Counted from the stretch's first letter, positions 47,540 through 58,006 are shown. The stretch: 64,000 nucleotides of DNA from an uncultured Acidobacteriota bacterium (GCA_963821765.1 CAWGFF010000010.1:95400-159399), one strand, 5' to 3'. A program made the numbers and translations. The notes: generated from the sequence alone by a model not told the origin.

Positions 47540-48592
47540 GTGAGCATCCACGAAGTTGCAAAGTTGGCCAAGGTTTCCATTGCGACAGTGTCGCGCACCA
47601 TTAATGGCGTGCCGACCGTAACGCCGCAGCTTTCTCGCCGCGTGTGGAAAGTGATCGAAGAGCTGGGATATTACCCGAACACACAGGCACGCGCGCTGGT
47701 TTCCGGACGCAGCCGGATTTTCGGTTTGATCGTTTCGGAAATCACCAACCCGTTCTTTCCGGAAATTGTGCAGGGATTCGAGGACATCGCGGTTCAGAAT
47801 AATTACGAGATTCTAACGACTTCCACGGTGCACGACCCGGCGCGGATGGCACTTTCCGTGCGTCGGATGATCGAGCGACGAGTGGAGGGCGTGGCGGTCG
47901 TCACGTTCGGGATGGAAGAAGCGCTGTTCGATGATTTGAAATCGCGCAACGTGCCGCTGGTGTTTATTGATGTGGGGCCGCCGCTGCCGCGGATCAGCAC
48001 GATCAAGATTGATTACTTGAACGGACTGCGGCAGGCGGTGCAACATCTGGCGGCGCTGCGGCACGAAAAAATCGCTTTTATTTCCGGACCGCTGACGCTC
48101 AAGACGGCCCAGGCGCGACAGCATGCGTTCATGCAAGCAATGGGCGAAATTGGGCTGCGCGTGGATCCGCAGCACCTAGTGGAAGGAAATCACACGATGG
48201 AGGGCGGCATCGCGGCGATGCAGAAACTTTTGGCGCACGTCGAAAGTCCGACAGCGGTGATTTGCTCGAATGACATGACGGCGCTGGGCGTGATGCGCGA
48301 GAGTTATGCGCAGGGGATTCATGTGCCCAAGGAACTCTCCGTCGTGGGGTTTGACGACATCCGGCTGGCGCAATTCGTGATACCGCCTTTGACCACGGTA
48401 AAAATGTCGCAAGCAGAAATTGCCCGCCTGGCATTCAACGCGCTTCTGGCGGAGGTGCGGCGTAAGTCTCCTTCTCCGACGGGAAGCGAATACATGCTCC
48501 GCACCAGCCTGGTCCTTCGTGATTCCACCGCCCTGGCTCCGAAGACAGCGCGCAAGCGAAAACCCAAAGCCGCCAACTCCGGCGGTGAGTGA
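47540..48592 (+). CDS. LacI-family transcriptional regulator
   Basis: GTG start. N-terminal HTH IHEVAKLAKVSIATVSRTINGVPTV and a periplasmic-binding-fold C-domain. Confidence 0.9.
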   Translation: MSIHEVAKLAKVSIATVSRTINGVPTVTPQLSRRVWKVIEELGYYPNTQARALVSGRSRIFGLIVSEITNPFFPEIVQGFEDIAVQNNYEILTTSTVHDPARMALSVRRMIERRVEGVAVVTFGMEEALFDDLKSRNVPLVFIDVGPPLPRISTIKIDYLNGLRQAVQHLAALRHEKIAFISGPLTLKTAQARQHAFMQAMGEIGLRVDPQHLVEGNHTMEGGIAAMQKLLAHVESPTAVICSNDMTALGVMRESYAQGIHVPKELSVVGFDDIRLAQFVIPPLTTVKMSQAEIARLAFNALLAEVRRKSPSPTGSEYMLRTSLVLRDSTALAPKTARKRKPKAANSGGE

Positions 48593-48829
48593 ACCAATTG
48601 AAAGCATTGATTTGAAGCGCCGTGGACGATCATGCCTAGACTCGCGAGTTCGGCGGGAATACGCGCGTACCAGGCTGTTTGGCGCGTGATTCTTGCGAGG
48701 AAACGTCTGCTGCGGCGCGGGCACTGTGGTTTTTTGTAAGTCAGTGGGGACGCAAGCACGGTTGGGGTGCGTTATTTGAGCTGGGACATGTACTGGCACG
48801 AAAATTAACACTTAGAGGCGCAGATTTTT

Positions 48830-50431
48830 ATGGCGATCGTCGCAGGCGTGGATTTCGGAACATTGAGTGTTCGCGTTTCGATCGTGGACAGCGAGAAGGG
48901 CACGCTGGAATCCGCGGTGGCTGAATATCCTTTGCATCGCAAACGCGAGGACCCGGAATTTGCGACGCAATCCCACGAAGATCACATGCGAGCGCTGGCA
49001 GCGGCGACGCGCGAGGCGTTGAAGAAGGCGGGAGTGCGCGGCGAGGACGTGCAGGCGATCGCGCTGGATACGACGGGATCTTCGGTGGTGCCGGTGGATG
49101 CGAAGATGGTCCCGCTGGACGATTATTATTTGTGGTGCGACCATCGCGCGAAGAAGGAAGCGGCGGAAATTACCGAACTGGCGAACCGCGAAGGATTGGA
49201 AGCGATTCGCTGGTGCGGTGGCGTTTATTCCTCGGAATGGGGTTTCGCGAAGCTACTGCATTGGCTGCGGCACAATCCCGAGAAGCGCGGGAAATTCGCC
49301 AGCGCGTTCGAGCATTGCGACATGGTGGCGGCCACGCTCTGCGGCGTTGCCGATCCGAGCAAGGCGAAACGCAGCATTTGCGCGATGGGACACAAATGGT
49401 TGTGGCATGCGGATTTGGGCGGGCTGCCGTCGGAAGATTTTTTGGTGAAATTGGATCCACTGCTGGCGGGAGTGCGCGCGAAACTCGCGGGGCAGTACGA
49501 GACTTCGGACAAAATTGCCGGGACATTGTCTCCGTACTGGGCGGAAAAGTTGGGATTGCACGCGGGAATTCCTATTCCAGTGGGCGCGTTCGACGCGCAT
49601 TGGGACGCGATCGGCGCGGGCACGCAAGAAAAAGATGTGGCGAATGTGGTGGGGACATCCACTTGCATTATCGGAATCTCAAGCCAGACTCAGTTGGTGC
49701 CAGGAGTTTGCGGTGTCGTGCAGGGCAGCGTGCATCCCGGTTATACGGGGATCGAGGCGGGGCTTTCCGCCACTGGAGATATTTTCGAAGCGATCGCGCG
49801 GCGGGCAAACACTTCCATTTCGCAATTGAGTGTCGGACTGGAGAAGTATCGCGCTGGCCAAACGGGCTTGCTGCGCATGACTTGGGACAATGGCGACCGG
49901 ACCGTGCTTGTGAATCCGAATCTGCGCGGGATGACGCTGGGGTGGAACCTGCAGAATAGCGCGCAGGATGAACTTTTTGCGGCGATCGAGGGAACGGCGT
50001 TTCACACGCGTGTGATTCTGGACCGCATGGCGGAATATGGCACGAAGATCGAACGCGTGATCAATGCTGGCGGGATTCCGCAGAGCAATCCAGTTTTGAA
50101 TCAAGTGTACGCGAACGTGCTGGGGCGGCCGGTGCTGGTGCCGAGCAAAAAAGTGACGAGCCTGGGGTCCGCGATTTTTGCGTTTTTGGCGGCCGGGACG
50201 TTTAAGACGATCGAAGAGGCGCAGAAGCAGATTTGTCCGTCACACATCGTGTTTCATCCGCAAAAGGATGCGCAAGGAATTTACGATGAGTTGTACGGGT
50301 TGTACCGGAGATTGTATTTCGAATTTGGCGGAGCGGCGGGCGGCGGGAGTTTTGCCGATGTGTTGCCCGCGCTGATCCGGATATCCGCCAGTCAAATGTC
50401 GCGCGCGCACACGGCGGAAAAAGCGAATTAG
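48830..50431 (+). CDS. araB: ribulokinase (FGGY family)
   Basis: MAIVAGVDFGTLSVRVSIVD...LDTTGSSVVPVD...LWCDHRAKKEAAEIT...GGVYSSEWGFAKLLH is colinear with enterobacterial AraB as I remember it. 533 aa. Confidence 0.75.
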   Translation: MAIVAGVDFGTLSVRVSIVDSEKGTLESAVAEYPLHRKREDPEFATQSHEDHMRALAAATREALKKAGVRGEDVQAIALDTTGSSVVPVDAKMVPLDDYYLWCDHRAKKEAAEITELANREGLEAIRWCGGVYSSEWGFAKLLHWLRHNPEKRGKFASAFEHCDMVAATLCGVADPSKAKRSICAMGHKWLWHADLGGLPSEDFLVKLDPLLAGVRAKLAGQYETSDKIAGTLSPYWAEKLGLHAGIPIPVGAFDAHWDAIGAGTQEKDVANVVGTSTCIIGISSQTQLVPGVCGVVQGSVHPGYTGIEAGLSATGDIFEAIARRANTSISQLSVGLEKYRAGQTGLLRMTWDNGDRTVLVNPNLRGMTLGWNLQNSAQDELFAAIEGTAFHTRVILDRMAEYGTKIERVINAGGIPQSNPVLNQVYANVLGRPVLVPSKKVTSLGSAIFAFLAAGTFKTIEEAQKQICPSHIVFHPQKDAQGIYDELYGLYRRLYFEFGGAAGGGSFADVLPALIRISASQMSRAHTAEKAN

Positions 50432-50440
50432 TTTGATTTC

Positions 50441-50461
50441 GGCGGCATCCTGCCTTTTTTT
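50441..50461 (+). terminator. weak intrinsic terminator candidate after araB
   Basis: ggcgg cat cctgcc (5-bp stem with one G-U pair) followed by T7. Confidence 0.35.
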
Positions 50462-50578
50462 CTGTTTCTGAAAGCCAAACCATTGATTTGCGGAAAAGCC
50501 GTTGCATCCGTATGCTTATTGGATTCTTGTGGCAGAAAAAACAAATGATGGGTTGGACTCGCACGCCCGGAGTTGCGG

Positions 50579-51262
50579 ATGACGCGGATTTGCTGCGCTG
50601 CATTACTTTTTGATATGGATGGGGTGCTGGTGGATTCGACGCCGGCGGTGGCGCGCGTTTGGACGCGTTGGGCTGCGCGGCACGGATTTGACGCTGCGGA
50701 AGTGGTGCATCGGGCGCACGGGCGGCCGAGCATCACCACGGTGCGCGAGTACCTGCCGAACGGCGATCATCTCGGCGAAAATCAGCAAATTGAGCAGGAC
50801 GAGGTCACGGACCTGGACGGAGTGGTGCCGCTGCCAGGGACGCGGGAACTGTTGAGCGCTCTGCCACTCGGACGGTGGACGATCGTGACATCGTGCTCGC
50901 GGCGTCTGGCGGAAGTGCGATTGAAGGCCAGCGGATTGCCGCGGCCGGATGTTTTTGTTACGTCGAGCGACATCACGAACGGCAAGCCGGCCCCGGATGC
51001 TTATCTGAAGGGAGCGGAGGTGCTGGGGTTTGCGCCGCAGGATTGCGTAGTGGTGGAGGATGCGCCGGCGGGTGTGAGTTCGGGGAAGGCTGCGGGTGCG
51101 CGCGTGATTGCGTTGCGCACTACGATGCCGAAGGCAGAATTGTGGGATGCTGGCGCGGATTGGGTGGTGCGGGATTGCTCCGCGATCGGGCTTAATATCC
51201 CTGGGATCCGCGACGGGAAGCTCTCGCTGATCCTGCAGAAGGACGGCGCGCACGATTCGTAG
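50579..51262 (+). CDS. HAD-IA family hydrolase (sugar-phosphate phosphatase / beta-phosphoglucomutase-like)
   Basis: LLFDMDGVLVDS (DxD motif I), TSCSR, KPAPD, VVVEDAPAGVSSGKAAG. Confidence 0.8.
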   Translation: MTRICCAALLFDMDGVLVDSTPAVARVWTRWAARHGFDAAEVVHRAHGRPSITTVREYLPNGDHLGENQQIEQDEVTDLDGVVPLPGTRELLSALPLGRWTIVTSCSRRLAEVRLKASGLPRPDVFVTSSDITNGKPAPDAYLKGAEVLGFAPQDCVVVEDAPAGVSSGKAAGARVIALRTTMPKAELWDAGADWVVRDCSAIGLNIPGIRDGKLSLILQKDGAHDS

Positions 51263-51305
51263 CCGGGGCGCGGGTTCTACCTAGTTTGTGCCGCCAATTC
51301 GTTCA

Positions 51306-52910
51306 CTAGGAATGCAGCGTCAGTACGGTTAGCGAGTGCGCGGCGAACGTTTGACGGAATGCCGGCGCGGCTCCAGAAAATGAGCTGCGTTTCACGCCCA
51401 CGTTTTTCGGCTCGGCGAACGTGTTCGTCGAATCCAGGCTCGGGCCGTTTACCTCGTATAGATCTCCCGCAGGCTGCAATTTAAATCCTTCGATGCCGAT
51501 GTCCGCGGCTATATCCGACGTCGGATGCCGATTTACGATGGCGAGAGTCAGTTTTTGGCCGTTGTCGTCCGTGGTTGCCGAGACGTCCAGGTATGGCGTG
51601 TCGGGCATGTCCGGGAAAGTATCGGAGCGCACGAAAGCGTCTAGCGCGACGTTGCCGGAATGTTGGGCGTAGAGCTGCAGCGGAAAATAAATCGTCTGGA
51701 GGACGATTCCTGTCGAATTGGCCATGATCGGCGCGATCACGTTTACAAGTTGTGCGAGATCGGCCATCTGCACCGTGCGGCAGTTGCGATGAAAGATGTT
51801 GAGCGCGGAGGCGGCCCAGAGGGCATCGCGCAGATTGTAAATTTCCTCGAGCTTGTGATCGTCGCCGCGCTTGAACCAAGAGCGGAACCAGATGTTCCAT
51901 TCGTCGGCCGCGATTTTGACCCGTTCCTTCTTTTCATTTTTGCCGGCGACGGAAGTGATTACGGCGTCGAGTACCTTTATTTCGTGCTCGAGTTTGCTGG
52001 CGTCGTGAATTTCCTTGGCTGTGTCGGTGCTGCCCCCGTAGTGATGCAGAGAAATGTAATCCACCACGTCCACCAGGCGTTCCAGGACCTGGCGGTCCCA
52101 ATCAGCATTATTTCCGCCACAGGCGACGAGTTTGATAGTGGGATCCACCCACTGCATCATCTTGGCGAATTCCAGCGCGAGGTCGGCGTAGGCTGTGGCG
52201 GTTTTGTGGCCGGCTTGCCAAGAGCCGTAAATTTCGTTCCCCAAGCCCCAATATTTGACGTTGTAGGGTTCCGGATGGCCATTTTTTCTGCGCAGGTTGG
52301 CCCAAGCGGTGTTCATCGTGCCGTTGCAATATTCCACCCAGTCCGCGGCATCCTGCATGGTGCCGGTGCCCATATTCACCGTGATGTACGGCTCAGAGCC
52401 GAGCTTGCGACAATATTGGATGAATTCGTCGGTGCCGAAGCGGTTGGATTCTTCGGCTTGCCACGCAGTGTCCCAACGGCGCGGACGAGAAGCTTTCGGG
52501 CCAACACCGTCTTTCCAATTGTAGCCGGAAGAAAAATTTCCACCGGGCCAGCGCAGGAGAGGAATGTTCAGGCCACGCGCGGCTTCCAGAACGTCCTTGC
52601 GAAAACCGTCACTATCGGAGAGCGGCGAGCCTTCTTCGTAAATTCCACCATAGATGCAGCGGCCGAGATGTTCGATGAAGTTGCCGTAGATGTTGCGGTC
52701 GATCTTGCCGATCTGGCGATCGAGATCAATTTTGATGCGGGCGCTGGCTGCAGGCGCCGGAGCTTGCGGCGCAGTCGCGGCCGCGGCTTTAGCTGTTGCG
52801 GATTTGTTGACGAGCGGCGAAGAGGAAATTAGAGGGAACGCAGCGGCACCGAGCGCCGCGGCCATGCCATCCTTCAGGAAATTGCGTCGTGCGGAGAGCT
52901 TGATGGTCAT
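51306..52910 (-). CDS. abfA: alpha-L-arabinofuranosidase, GH51, Tat-exported
   Basis: I prefer ATG 52910 (MTIKLSARRNFLKDGMAAALGAAAF Tat signal, GGAGA RBS). Motifs seen: NIYGNFIEHLGRCIYGGIY, LRWPGGNFSSGYNWKDGVGP, YWGLGNEIYG, ADEWNIW. Confidence 0.85.
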   Translation of the reverse strand: MTIKLSARRNFLKDGMAAALGAAAFPLISSSPLVNKSATAKAAAATAPQAPAPAASARIKIDLDRQIGKIDRNIYGNFIEHLGRCIYGGIYEEGSPLSDSDGFRKDVLEAARGLNIPLLRWPGGNFSSGYNWKDGVGPKASRPRRWDTAWQAEESNRFGTDEFIQYCRKLGSEPYITVNMGTGTMQDAADWVEYCNGTMNTAWANLRRKNGHPEPYNVKYWGLGNEIYGSWQAGHKTATAYADLALEFAKMMQWVDPTIKLVACGGNNADWDRQVLERLVDVVDYISLHHYGGSTDTAKEIHDASKLEHEIKVLDAVITSVAGKNEKKERVKIAADEWNIWFRSWFKRGDDHKLEEIYNLRDALWAASALNIFHRNCRTVQMADLAQLVNVIAPIMANSTGIVLQTIYFPLQLYAQHSGNVALDAFVRSDTFPDMPDTPYLDVSATTDDNGQKLTLAIVNRHPTSDIAADIGIEGFKLQPAGDLYEVNGPSLDSTNTFAEPKNVGVKRSSFSGAAPAFRQTFAAHSLTVLTLHS

Positions 52911-53118
52911 TGCAGTGTCTCCATTTTCGCCGCGCACCGTTTGCAGGGATTCGGAGGACGAACTGCATCCACAGCCGAATCGTTGGCTGGTGCGCGGCAC
53001 GAGTATCTATGAGAAAACGTTTACTCGTCAACCAGGGATTGTGAAATTCGTGATTTCTCATGAGGGAGGAACCGCTTGGCCACGATGGACGACGAGGCGG
53101 GACGGCGGGATGGCAAGG

Positions 53119-53262
53119 TGCTCGGAGTCAAAGTCAACTATGCCCGCCTCAGAGGTTGGCGGCCGTTGGAAGGTGAAAAGCAAAAGAGCCGGCGGGACGC
53201 CCTTCGATCCTGCCGCAGGCAGCGGCTGAGGACGAGGCGGCGCCACGAACGCCAAAGTCAGT
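53119..53262 (+). repeat. degenerate REP-like units
   Basis: ggagtcaaagtcaactatgcccgcctcagaggttggcggccg... aligns with 5205-5255. Then gagccggcgggacgcc... (as at 33640) and ...ggcggcgccacgaacgccaaagtcag. Confidence 0.5.
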
Positions 53263-53283
53263 GCCGATGTGGTCACGAAGAAA

Positions 53284-54018
53284 TCAGGAATGTTGTTCGC
53301 GGTGGCGCTGGATAAATTCCTTTAGGTATGCGCCGGCGGTGGTGATGTGCTTCCAGAGCGCGTCGGACGCGATGTCCGGATTTTTAGTGCGGCAGGCATC
53401 AAGGAGTTCGTGGTGAGCTTTTCCGGCCACGTGCAATTCGCGGGTGAACACCAGATGGAGGCGCGTGTAGCGGTCGCAATTGTTGTTGAGAGTTTTGAGG
53501 AAGGCGAGCATGACCGGACGATTGGCGGGCGCGTATAACGCGGAATGGAACGCCCAATTCCATTGGCCCCAGGACTTCACGTCGGCGTCGTTGTCGAGCG
53601 ATTCCTCGAACTGCTGGAGAATTTGCTCGGCGGCTTGAAAATCTTTTTCTGTGAAATTGGCGATGGCTTGGCGGAGCATGTAGCACTCGAGGACGGCGCG
53701 CGTTTCGAACAGCTGCATAATTTCGTCGGGCGAGAGCGCGGAAACGACTGCGCCACGATTGGCGACGATGGTGATCAGGCCTTCGGCGGCAAGATGGCTG
53801 AGCGCTTCGCGCACGGGGATGCGGCTGATCTGAAATTCGGCGGCGATGGCGTCCTGGCGGAGCTGCTCGCCTTCGCGCAGTTCGCCGTGGAGAATTTTGT
53901 CGCGGAGGCGCTCCACGACGGCCGCGGCCAAGGATTGGCGCGGGATGGCATCGGATTTTCTAGGCGCGGAGTGCTCGTGAGTTTGCGCCGTTACGAACTT
54001 AGATTGAGTTTTTTGCAT
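53284..54018 (-). CDS. GntR-family (FadR/FCD subfamily) transcriptional regulator
   Basis: LRDKILHGELREGEQLRQDAIAAEFQISRIPVREAL (winged HTH) plus a helical FCD-type C-domain. Last gene of the hydroxyproline cluster. Confidence 0.85.
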   Translation of the reverse strand: MQKTQSKFVTAQTHEHSAPRKSDAIPRQSLAAAVVERLRDKILHGELREGEQLRQDAIAAEFQISRIPVREALSHLAAEGLITIVANRGAVVSALSPDEIMQLFETRAVLECYMLRQAIANFTEKDFQAAEQILQQFEESLDNDADVKSWGQWNWAFHSALYAPANRPVMLAFLKTLNNNCDRYTRLHLVFTRELHVAGKAHHELLDACRTKNPDIASDALWKHITTAGAYLKEFIQRHREQHS

Positions 54019-54174
54019 AGTTAGTTACGTAACCTTTCCGGGACAGGTGCCCGCGAAGTACAGTCCGACTCCGACAACTCGGATTTGGATCGGCGGCTTC
54101 TGCCGGCAAGGATTTTGCGCAGGCGATCCGCCCAGCCAGGGAATCCTCGCGTCTGGAATCATCTATCAGGACGG

Positions 54175-55776
54175 CTAGCGTGTCAATTCTCCGTCCACCA
54201 TGCGCCAGATGCCAAGAGAATTTTCATTTTTCAATTCATCAGGCAGCGCGACATCTGGAAAATCCTGATAGCAGACGGGACGGGCAAAGCGGAAGATCGC
54301 CAAAGTGCCTACGGAAGTGGTGCGCGAATCGGTGCTGGCAGGATAGGGGCCGCCGTGAACGATGGCATCGCAGAGTTCCAGCCCCGTGGGATAGCCGTTG
54401 TAAATGATTCGGCCGACTTTGTTTTCGAGAATGACGATGAGTTCGGAAAATTCCACGATGTCCTGCTCATTGCCGTGAATGGTGGCGGTGAGATGGCCGT
54501 GCAGACCCCGAGCCGCTTCGAGGATTTGATCTTTCTTTGAATAGTTGATCAGGAGAGTTTCGGGCCCGAATACTTCGTTGGAGAGATCGGGATTGGCGAG
54601 GAACGAGGCGATGTCCGTTTGAAATAGCGTAGCTCCTGCTTGAAACGCGGTGGCAGCGTCTGGCGATTTTTCTTCGGCGAGCAGGCGGACATCGCCGCGA
54701 TTTTTACGATTGCGTACCTCGCGGGTGTACGAGGCGCTGATGCCGGAAGTCAACAGGGAGAACTTCGCGGATTCGGATACTTTGCCGCTTATTACGTTTA
54801 TGAGAGCTTCCGCGGGTTTTCCTTCGGAGACAAAGACGAGGCCGGGCTTGGTGCAGAATTGTCCGGCGCCGAGAGTGAAGGAGCCGTAGAGCTCCGCGGC
54901 GATTTTTTCACCGCGAGCGGCGAGCGCGCCGGGAAGGATGAAAGTGGGATTGGTGCTGCCCATTTCGCCGTAAAACGGAATGGGCGCAGGCCGCCTGGCG
55001 GCCAAATCGAAAAGTGCGCGGCCGGCGGGAATGGAGCCGGTAAAGCCGACGGCTTTCACAAGCGGATGTTGCACGAGGGTGGCGCCGATGGAAACACCAG
55101 AATCGAAGAGCAAAGAAAAAACACCTTCCGGCAGATTGCACGCGCGCACGCTATTTCGAATGATGCGGCCTACCAGTTCGCTGGTGCCGGGATGCGCGGG
55201 ATGCGCTTTGACGATGACGGGATTGCCTGCGGCGAATGCGGAGGCGGTGTCGCCACCGGCCACGGAAAATGCGAGCGGAAAATTACTGGCGCCGAAGACA
55301 ACTACGGGGCCGAGTGGGCGAAGCATCGAGCGAACGTCCGGCTTGGGAACCGGTTTGCGTTGTGGATCGGCGCGATCGATGCGTGCGTTGACCCAAGACC
55401 CTTCGCGCGCGACTCTCGCGAACATGCGGAGCTGCGTGCAAGTGCGTCCCATTTCCGATTGCAAACGAGCCACAGTGAGCGCGGATTCCTGACTGGCGCG
55501 GGTGACCAGAGATTCGGTCTGCGCTTCGATGCCGGAGGCGATCGTTTCGAGGAATTCTGCTTTTTTTGCGCCGGACAATCGGCCGAATTCGATGCTGGCT
55601 TCGGTGGCAAGCCTTACGGCGAGATCCACTTCCTCGGCTGTTGCGGAGTGGAAGACCGGCTCGATTTTCTGGGCGGTGGCCGGGGCGAAGGCTTGGAATG
55701 CGCCGTTACCGGTTTCGCCCGCTCTGCCCGCATTGCCGTCACGAAATCCGATGATTGATCTTCCCAGAAATTCCAT
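54175..55776 (-). CDS. NADP-dependent aldehyde dehydrogenase, alpha-ketoglutaric semialdehyde (2,5-dioxovalerate) dehydrogenase type
   Basis: 533 aa. ALDH fold motifs (VVFGASNFPLAFSVAGGDTASA, GAGQFCTKPG, GYPTGLE). The size and context are typical of the KGSADH/LhpG type. Confidence 0.75.
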   Translation of the reverse strand: MEFLGRSIIGFRDGNAGRAGETGNGAFQAFAPATAQKIEPVFHSATAEEVDLAVRLATEASIEFGRLSGAKKAEFLETIASGIEAQTESLVTRASQESALTVARLQSEMGRTCTQLRMFARVAREGSWVNARIDRADPQRKPVPKPDVRSMLRPLGPVVVFGASNFPLAFSVAGGDTASAFAAGNPVIVKAHPAHPGTSELVGRIIRNSVRACNLPEGVFSLLFDSGVSIGATLVQHPLVKAVGFTGSIPAGRALFDLAARRPAPIPFYGEMGSTNPTFILPGALAARGEKIAAELYGSFTLGAGQFCTKPGLVFVSEGKPAEALINVISGKVSESAKFSLLTSGISASYTREVRNRKNRGDVRLLAEEKSPDAATAFQAGATLFQTDIASFLANPDLSNEVFGPETLLINYSKKDQILEAARGLHGHLTATIHGNEQDIVEFSELIVILENKVGRIIYNGYPTGLELCDAIVHGGPYPASTDSRTTSVGTLAIFRFARPVCYQDFPDVALPDELKNENSLGIWRMVDGELTR

Positions 55777-55788
55777 TGTGCAGATCCT

Positions 55789-56712
55789 TTACCTTGCGGC
55801 TTGCGCTAGAGCTGAGCTCGCATTCTTTGGGCGATTGTGAATGGCGTGACGAATTACTTTTTTGGTGGCTTCTAATTCTTCGCCGATGAGCTCCAGTTTT
55901 GGGGCACGGACTCGCGCGTTGCCGATACCAAGGTCCTGCTGAACCAACTTTATCAGCTGAACAAATTTGGGCACTGTGTCAAGGCGCAGCAGCGGCAAGA
56001 ACCAACAATACAGTTCGAACGCCTGCGCGGATTTTCCTTCCATGCCGTAAGTGAACAGGTCCACGGATTCGCGCGGCAGAGCGTTGGCGAGACCGGCGAT
56101 CCAACCAGTGGCGCCGACTCCGATGCCTTCGAGTATTGCGTCGTCTACGCCGATAAATAAAACCAGGCGATCGCCGATGAGGGCGCGAATCGCGCTGACT
56201 CTGCGCACATCCGTGCTCGATTCCTTCACGGAATGCAAATTCTGGTGCTCGTTTGCGAGTTCCTGAATTTGCTCCGGCAGAAAATCGGTACCGTACGAGA
56301 CAGGATTATTGTACAGCATGCAGGAAAGCGGAGTGGCTTTCAGAACGGCAGCGACGTGGGCTTTCATTTCGCGCCAGTCGCCCTTGTAAACATAGGGCGG
56401 AAGAACCATGAGGCCTTCGCATCCTGCGGATTCCGCAACTTTGGCTTGCGCGATGGCGTCGGCTGTGGAGAGCGCGGAAATCGCAGCGACCACGGGAGCG
56501 CGACCTTTCAAGGCGCCCACGCAATTGCGCAGAATCGAGACCTTTTCATCGAATGACAGTGTGGCTCCTTCGCCCAGCGAGCCGAGTGCGACTACCCCGG
56601 TGCAGCCATTTTCAACCAGCCAGCGGCAGTGATTGGCCATGAAGTTGTGGTCAACTTTTCCGTTTGGATCGAAACACGTGGTGATTGCGGGCATTACGCC
56701 TGTCCACTTCAT
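55789..56712 (-). CDS. DHDPS/NAL-family enzyme, probable 1-pyrroline-4-hydroxy-2-carboxylate deaminase (LhpC-like)
   Basis: ATG 56712 with GGAGGA RBS. MKWTGVMPAITTCF...GCTGVVALGSLGEGATLS...YNNPVSYG. The function is assigned from context. Confidence 0.65.
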   Translation of the reverse strand: MKWTGVMPAITTCFDPNGKVDHNFMANHCRWLVENGCTGVVALGSLGEGATLSFDEKVSILRNCVGALKGRAPVVAAISALSTADAIAQAKVAESAGCEGLMVLPPYVYKGDWREMKAHVAAVLKATPLSCMLYNNPVSYGTDFLPEQIQELANEHQNLHSVKESSTDVRRVSAIRALIGDRLVLFIGVDDAILEGIGVGATGWIAGLANALPRESVDLFTYGMEGKSAQAFELYCWFLPLLRLDTVPKFVQLIKLVQQDLGIGNARVRAPKLELIGEELEATKKVIRHAIHNRPKNASSALAQAAR

Positions 56713-56725
56713 CAGAATCCTCCGT

Positions 56726-58006
56726 TTAATTTCGTGGCGCGGAACGCGATGGAATTGCCGCCAGGCTCGAACAACGTACGGGAAAGAGCGGCGGGCGGAC
56801 GGAATCAATCTGCCAACCGAAAAGAAATTCAGCAGCGGGCGCGCAAACGCGTCCCTGGCAGGGACCCATGCCGCAGCGGGCGTGCAATTTGGCAGCGCGC
56901 CAGGACGCGTGTTCGCACAAGCGTTCGTGCGAGACGTCTTCGCAACGGCAGACTAGCGTGTCTGGGCGCGCGAGATTTTTCAGCTCGGGGCGCAAAAGGA
57001 ATGCTTCTTGCAGTATGCGAACAACTTTTTGGTAGCGGGCGCGCTTGGCGAATAGATGCTTGGCGCGATCTTCCCAATTTGTCGCGGCGTATCCGGCGAT
57101 CTCGCCTTCGACGAGCGCGAGCTCAAGGCCGCCAATTCCGGTGGGTTCGCCGGCGCAGAATATTCCGGGGACGGAGGTTTGCTGAAACTCGTCCACTTGT
57201 ACAAAGTTTTCGTGGAGATCGCATCCGCACATGCGTGGGAGCTCGACGTTGGGAATGAGATGAAAGCCGCAAGCGAGATAGTCACATTCGATTTCGCTGG
57301 TTTGTCCTTGGCGCCAAATGCGCACGGTTTCAACGCGGCGATTTCCGAAGGCGGCGACCGGCCAACAATCGGTCCAGTGCGGAATGCCGCGAAGCTCGTG
57401 GGCGAAGCGCATAGCCTCTGCAGCTTTTCCTGGGATGAGCATCATTTTCAGCCCGAAGCGCGCCATCCGCGAGCGAGAAGTCTGCTCGCAAATGCCAATC
57501 ACTTTCGCGCCACATTTGCGTGCGTAGGCGGCGACTGCGAGAAGTAGCGGGCCCGTTCCGGCGATGACGATGCGCTTTCCGGATATATCGAGGCCGGATT
57601 TTACGAGGGCTTGCAGGCCGCCCGCCCCCATGACGTTCGGAAGAGTCCAGCCCGGGAAGGGAAGGAAAAGTTCCCGAGCGCCGGTGGCGAGAATTAATTT
57701 TCCATAGCCGATTTGAATCGCGGAGTCGTCGGATTCGGCGGCGAGTTCGCCTTTCGCGGCGTGAAAGACACGCGCGCCGCGAACAATTTGAACCGCGGAT
57801 TTATTCAGGCGATCAAACCAGGTTTGTGATGCCGAGGGCCGGGCGGAGCTGCACGCGGCGCGCCAAATTTGCCCACCGGCGGCGGGATTGTCGTCAATTA
57901 ATCCGACGGTGCGGCCGGAATCGGCGGCCGCTAGCGCCGCGGCGATTCCCGCGGGACCTGCGCCGACGACGGCGACGTCGAATCTTAGGTGTTTGACGCT
58001 ATCCAT
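56726..58006 (-). CDS. FAD/NAD(P)-binding oxidoreductase, D-hydroxyproline dehydrogenase alpha-subunit-like (LhpE/HcnB/opine oxidase A type)
   Basis: FDVAVVGAGPAGIAAALAAADSG plus a second Rossmann motif RIVIAGTGPLLLAVAAY. Confidence 0.7.
   Translation of the reverse strand: MDSVKHLRFDVAVVGAGPAGIAAALAAADSGRTVGLIDDNPAAGGQIWRAACSSARPSASQTWFDRLNKSAVQIVRGARVFHAAKGELAAESDDSAIQIGYGKLILATGARELFLPFPGWTLPNVMGAGGLQALVKSGLDISGKRIVIAGTGPLLLAVAAYARKCGAKVIGICEQTSRSRMARFGLKMMLIPGKAAEAMRFAHELRGIPHWTDCWPVAAFGNRRVETVRIWRQGQTSEIECDYLACGFHLIPNVELPRMCGCDLHENFVQVDEFQQTSVPGIFCAGEPTGIGGLELALVEGEIAGYAATNWEDRAKHLFAKRARYQKVVRILQEAFLLRPELKNLARPDTLVCRCEDVSHERLCEHASWRAAKLHARCGMGPCQGRVCAPAAEFLFGWQIDSVRPPLFPVRCSSLAAIPSRSAPRN

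Noticed and set aside
54640-55758. 372-aa plus-strand ORF. Similar antisense ORFs occur at 51660-52832, 27400-28377, 28579-29457, 40874-41971 and 38204-39139.
   Set aside because: Each lies antisense to a motif-supported enzyme gene. None has recognisable motifs, and their composition is typical of GC-rich shadow ORFs.
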